Source of the DNA: a virus
Lineage: Duplodnaviria > Caudoviricetes
DNA length: 64,000 nt
Reading direction: 5' to 3' (one strand)
Virus record (IMG/VR): IMGVR_UViG_3300009682_000003
Span: 8,724 to 72,723 of that record
The position numbers and the translations under genes are program-made. The notes below the pieces were generated by a model. It saw only the letters and a list, made by a program, of their open reading frames with translations. It ran no database searches and had not been told where the DNA came from. Position 1 is the first letter of the stretch. Every line of letters starts with the position of its first letter. Shown here in pieces: positions 62,796-64,000 of this stretch.

Positions 62796-62998
62796 ACGCC
62801 GAGAGTCGGTGTAACGCGGTCGAGCGCCGCCGCAGCGCTGGCCCACCGGGAGGCCACGCGCGAGTCGCCGGCCTGGTCGAGCACGAACTCACCCTTGGCG
62901 CTCGCGATTGCGGCGAGGGCCTCGGTGACGCCCCGCAAATCGTACTTGTCCACGAGCCCTTCGAGAGCCGCGTAGTCCTCTGCGTCGAGGCGGACCAT
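62792..62998 (-). CDS. Small helical protein
   Basis: AAGGAG SD; converges on the rightward operon. Confidence 0.65.
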   Translation of the reverse strand: MVRLDAEDYAALEGLVDKYDLRGVTEALAAIASAKGEFVLDQAGDSRVASRWASAAAALDRVTPTLGV

Positions 62999-63267
62999 TA
63001 GACTTGCTCCTTCGGCGGCTTTTCCCGCGTGAGGTAGTGCACGACGACGCCGGCAATGATCACGGGCGTTGCTCCCAGCAGCACCGCCCATACGATGTCG
63101 CCAGCGCTTCGCTCCTCTTTCGGGGCCGGCTGCTGTCCTACCGACACGCCGACGCTGACTGGAGGGACAAACTGCTGCCAGCAGTCGGGCCAGGGCTGGC
63201 ACGGCGGCGGAAGCTCGGGAAGCTGCCCCACCCCGCACGACCAGTCGCTTGCTGCGGCGCGAATCAT
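62998..63267 (-). CDS. Small membrane-anchored protein with a CxPWPxC half-module
   Basis: PCQPWPDCWQQ; TM IVWAVLLGATPVIIAGVVV. Confidence 0.7.
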   Translation of the reverse strand: MIRAAASDWSCGVGQLPELPPPCQPWPDCWQQFVPPVSVGVSVGQQPAPKEERSAGDIVWAVLLGATPVIIAGVVVHYLTREKPPKEQV

Positions 63268-63341
63268 GAGGACAGCGTATCGCCCGGTCGCGCCTTTCCG
63301 CAAGCGTTGTGCTCGAGCCAGCGACGGTGCACGATCGCTGC

Positions 63342-63782
63342 ATGGCCGAACAGCAAAGCAAGCTAGGCTACGTCGCCATCGCCACGGCCCTGATCACGTC
63401 GGTGCCGGCCCTGGTCACGTCGATCGCCGCATTCCGCAGGCCGGCGGACACGGCCCCCGCCAAGGCCGTGTACGAGCAGCTCGCAAAGGACGTGCGGGAG
63501 CTTAGCGACCAGAACCGACGCAACCACGAGGATCTCGTGGCGATGCGAAACTACCTCGACGGCTACCTGCGCGGGACGCGCAAGCCTCGCGTCAGGCCAG
63601 ACAAGGACGGCGACGGAATCCCCGAGGCCGACGCGGGCGCGCCCACTCCCAAGGCGACGGGGAAGGGTTCCGGTGGTGGGAACACGGACGCGGTCGAGCT
63701 GTCGCCGCCGGCCCCTCCGCCGCCGAGGCTCAGCCCAGCGCCGGCTCCGGTCGCGCCTCCCGGCGTCGAAGACCTGTTCTGA
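63342..63782 (+). CDS. N-terminal TM + coiled-coil + Pro-rich protein
   Basis: TTGTGC-N17-CACGAT-N6-ATG; TM then heptads. Confidence 0.7.
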   Translation: MAEQQSKLGYVAIATALITSVPALVTSIAAFRRPADTAPAKAVYEQLAKDVRELSDQNRRNHEDLVAMRNYLDGYLRGTRKPRVRPDKDGDGIPEADAGAPTPKATGKGSGGGNTDAVELSPPAPPPPRLSPAPAPVAPPGVEDLF

Positions 63783-63784
63783 TC

Positions 63785-63800
63785 TGCATCGTACGATACA
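63785..63800 (-). repeat. 16-bp near-palindrome copy F (TGCATCGTACGATACA on +)
   Basis: Read directly; 2 nt after a stop codon at a convergence point. Confidence 0.9.
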
Positions 63801-64000
63801 CGGTCCCCCCCGGTCCTCCGAAGCTGTGCAACAGGGTTTCGGGGCAGCACCGAGGCACTTCCTGTTTTTGCCGCAAGATTGAGCAAGGATTGCGCCGGGT
63901 TGGCGTTGGGATTCGGGGCGTGCTCCGTTTTCCTCCGAACCTGTTCTCAGGTGGTTCGGGGCCAGAACCGCCAGGCGAGGTAGCCGCCGCCGAGCACCGC

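Larger units (their letters stand above)
1..64000. mobile_element. Bacterial virus / prophage genome segment (probably tailless, membrane-containing, temperate)
   Basis: Dense small ORFs with overlapping stop/start codons, lysis cassette, DnaB, Rep, recombinase, methyltransferases; no host operons or RNA genes; both ends fall inside virus-like genes. Confidence 0.9.

Noticed and set aside
3296-63800. CRISPR array, or canonical parS, as the explanation of the 16-bp motif
   Set aside because: Copies are kilobases apart with no spacers; the central bases differ from the parS consensus, so only the architecture is similar.
1-64000. tRNA, tmRNA, rRNA or IS elements
   Set aside because: No cloverleaf/T-loop signatures or transposase motifs found by eye; tRNAscan/ARAGORN would be needed to exclude them fully.

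Overview
The whole 64 kb window looks viral: GC-rich (about 70% by eye), densely packed with small phage-type ORFs, and without rRNA, tRNA, CRISPR or host housekeeping operons. Recognisable modules are: (i) early/accessory genes with a C5 DNA methyltransferase (1-6.7 kb); (ii) a lysis cassette and DnaB (7-10 kb); (iii) a 26 kb minus-strand block that appears to be morphogenetic (10-36.8 kb); (iv) a helix-turn-helix replication initiator with an internal origin-like element, RadC-like JAB protein, Cre-like tyrosine recombinase and DEDDh exonuclease (37-42 kb); (v) DNA-modification genes, namely two more methyltransferases, a PP-loop/PAPS-reductase-like protein and a TGT/DpdA-like protein (45-55 kb); (vi) a divergent switch at about 57 kb and a rightward early operon. 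I see no terminase, portal, HK97 capsid, tail tube or tape measure. The morphogenetic block instead has three adjacent beta-rich proteins whose motif spacing suggests single jelly-roll capsid proteins, about ten C-terminally membrane-anchored proteins (muralytic, LysM-like, alpha/beta hydrolase, transglutaminase-like) and three or four spike proteins sharing an N-terminal module. My best inference is a large, tailless, internal-membrane, temperate (plasmid-type) virus of a GC-rich diderm host, possibly Myxococcota. At DNA level the window carries a 16-bp near-palindrome six times, about a dozen leaderless-type promoters with one geometry, and a methyltransferase segment bounded by a 13-bp direct repeat that appears to split a gene. 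All fold and family assignments come from motif recognition by eye and need HMM or structure-prediction confirmation.
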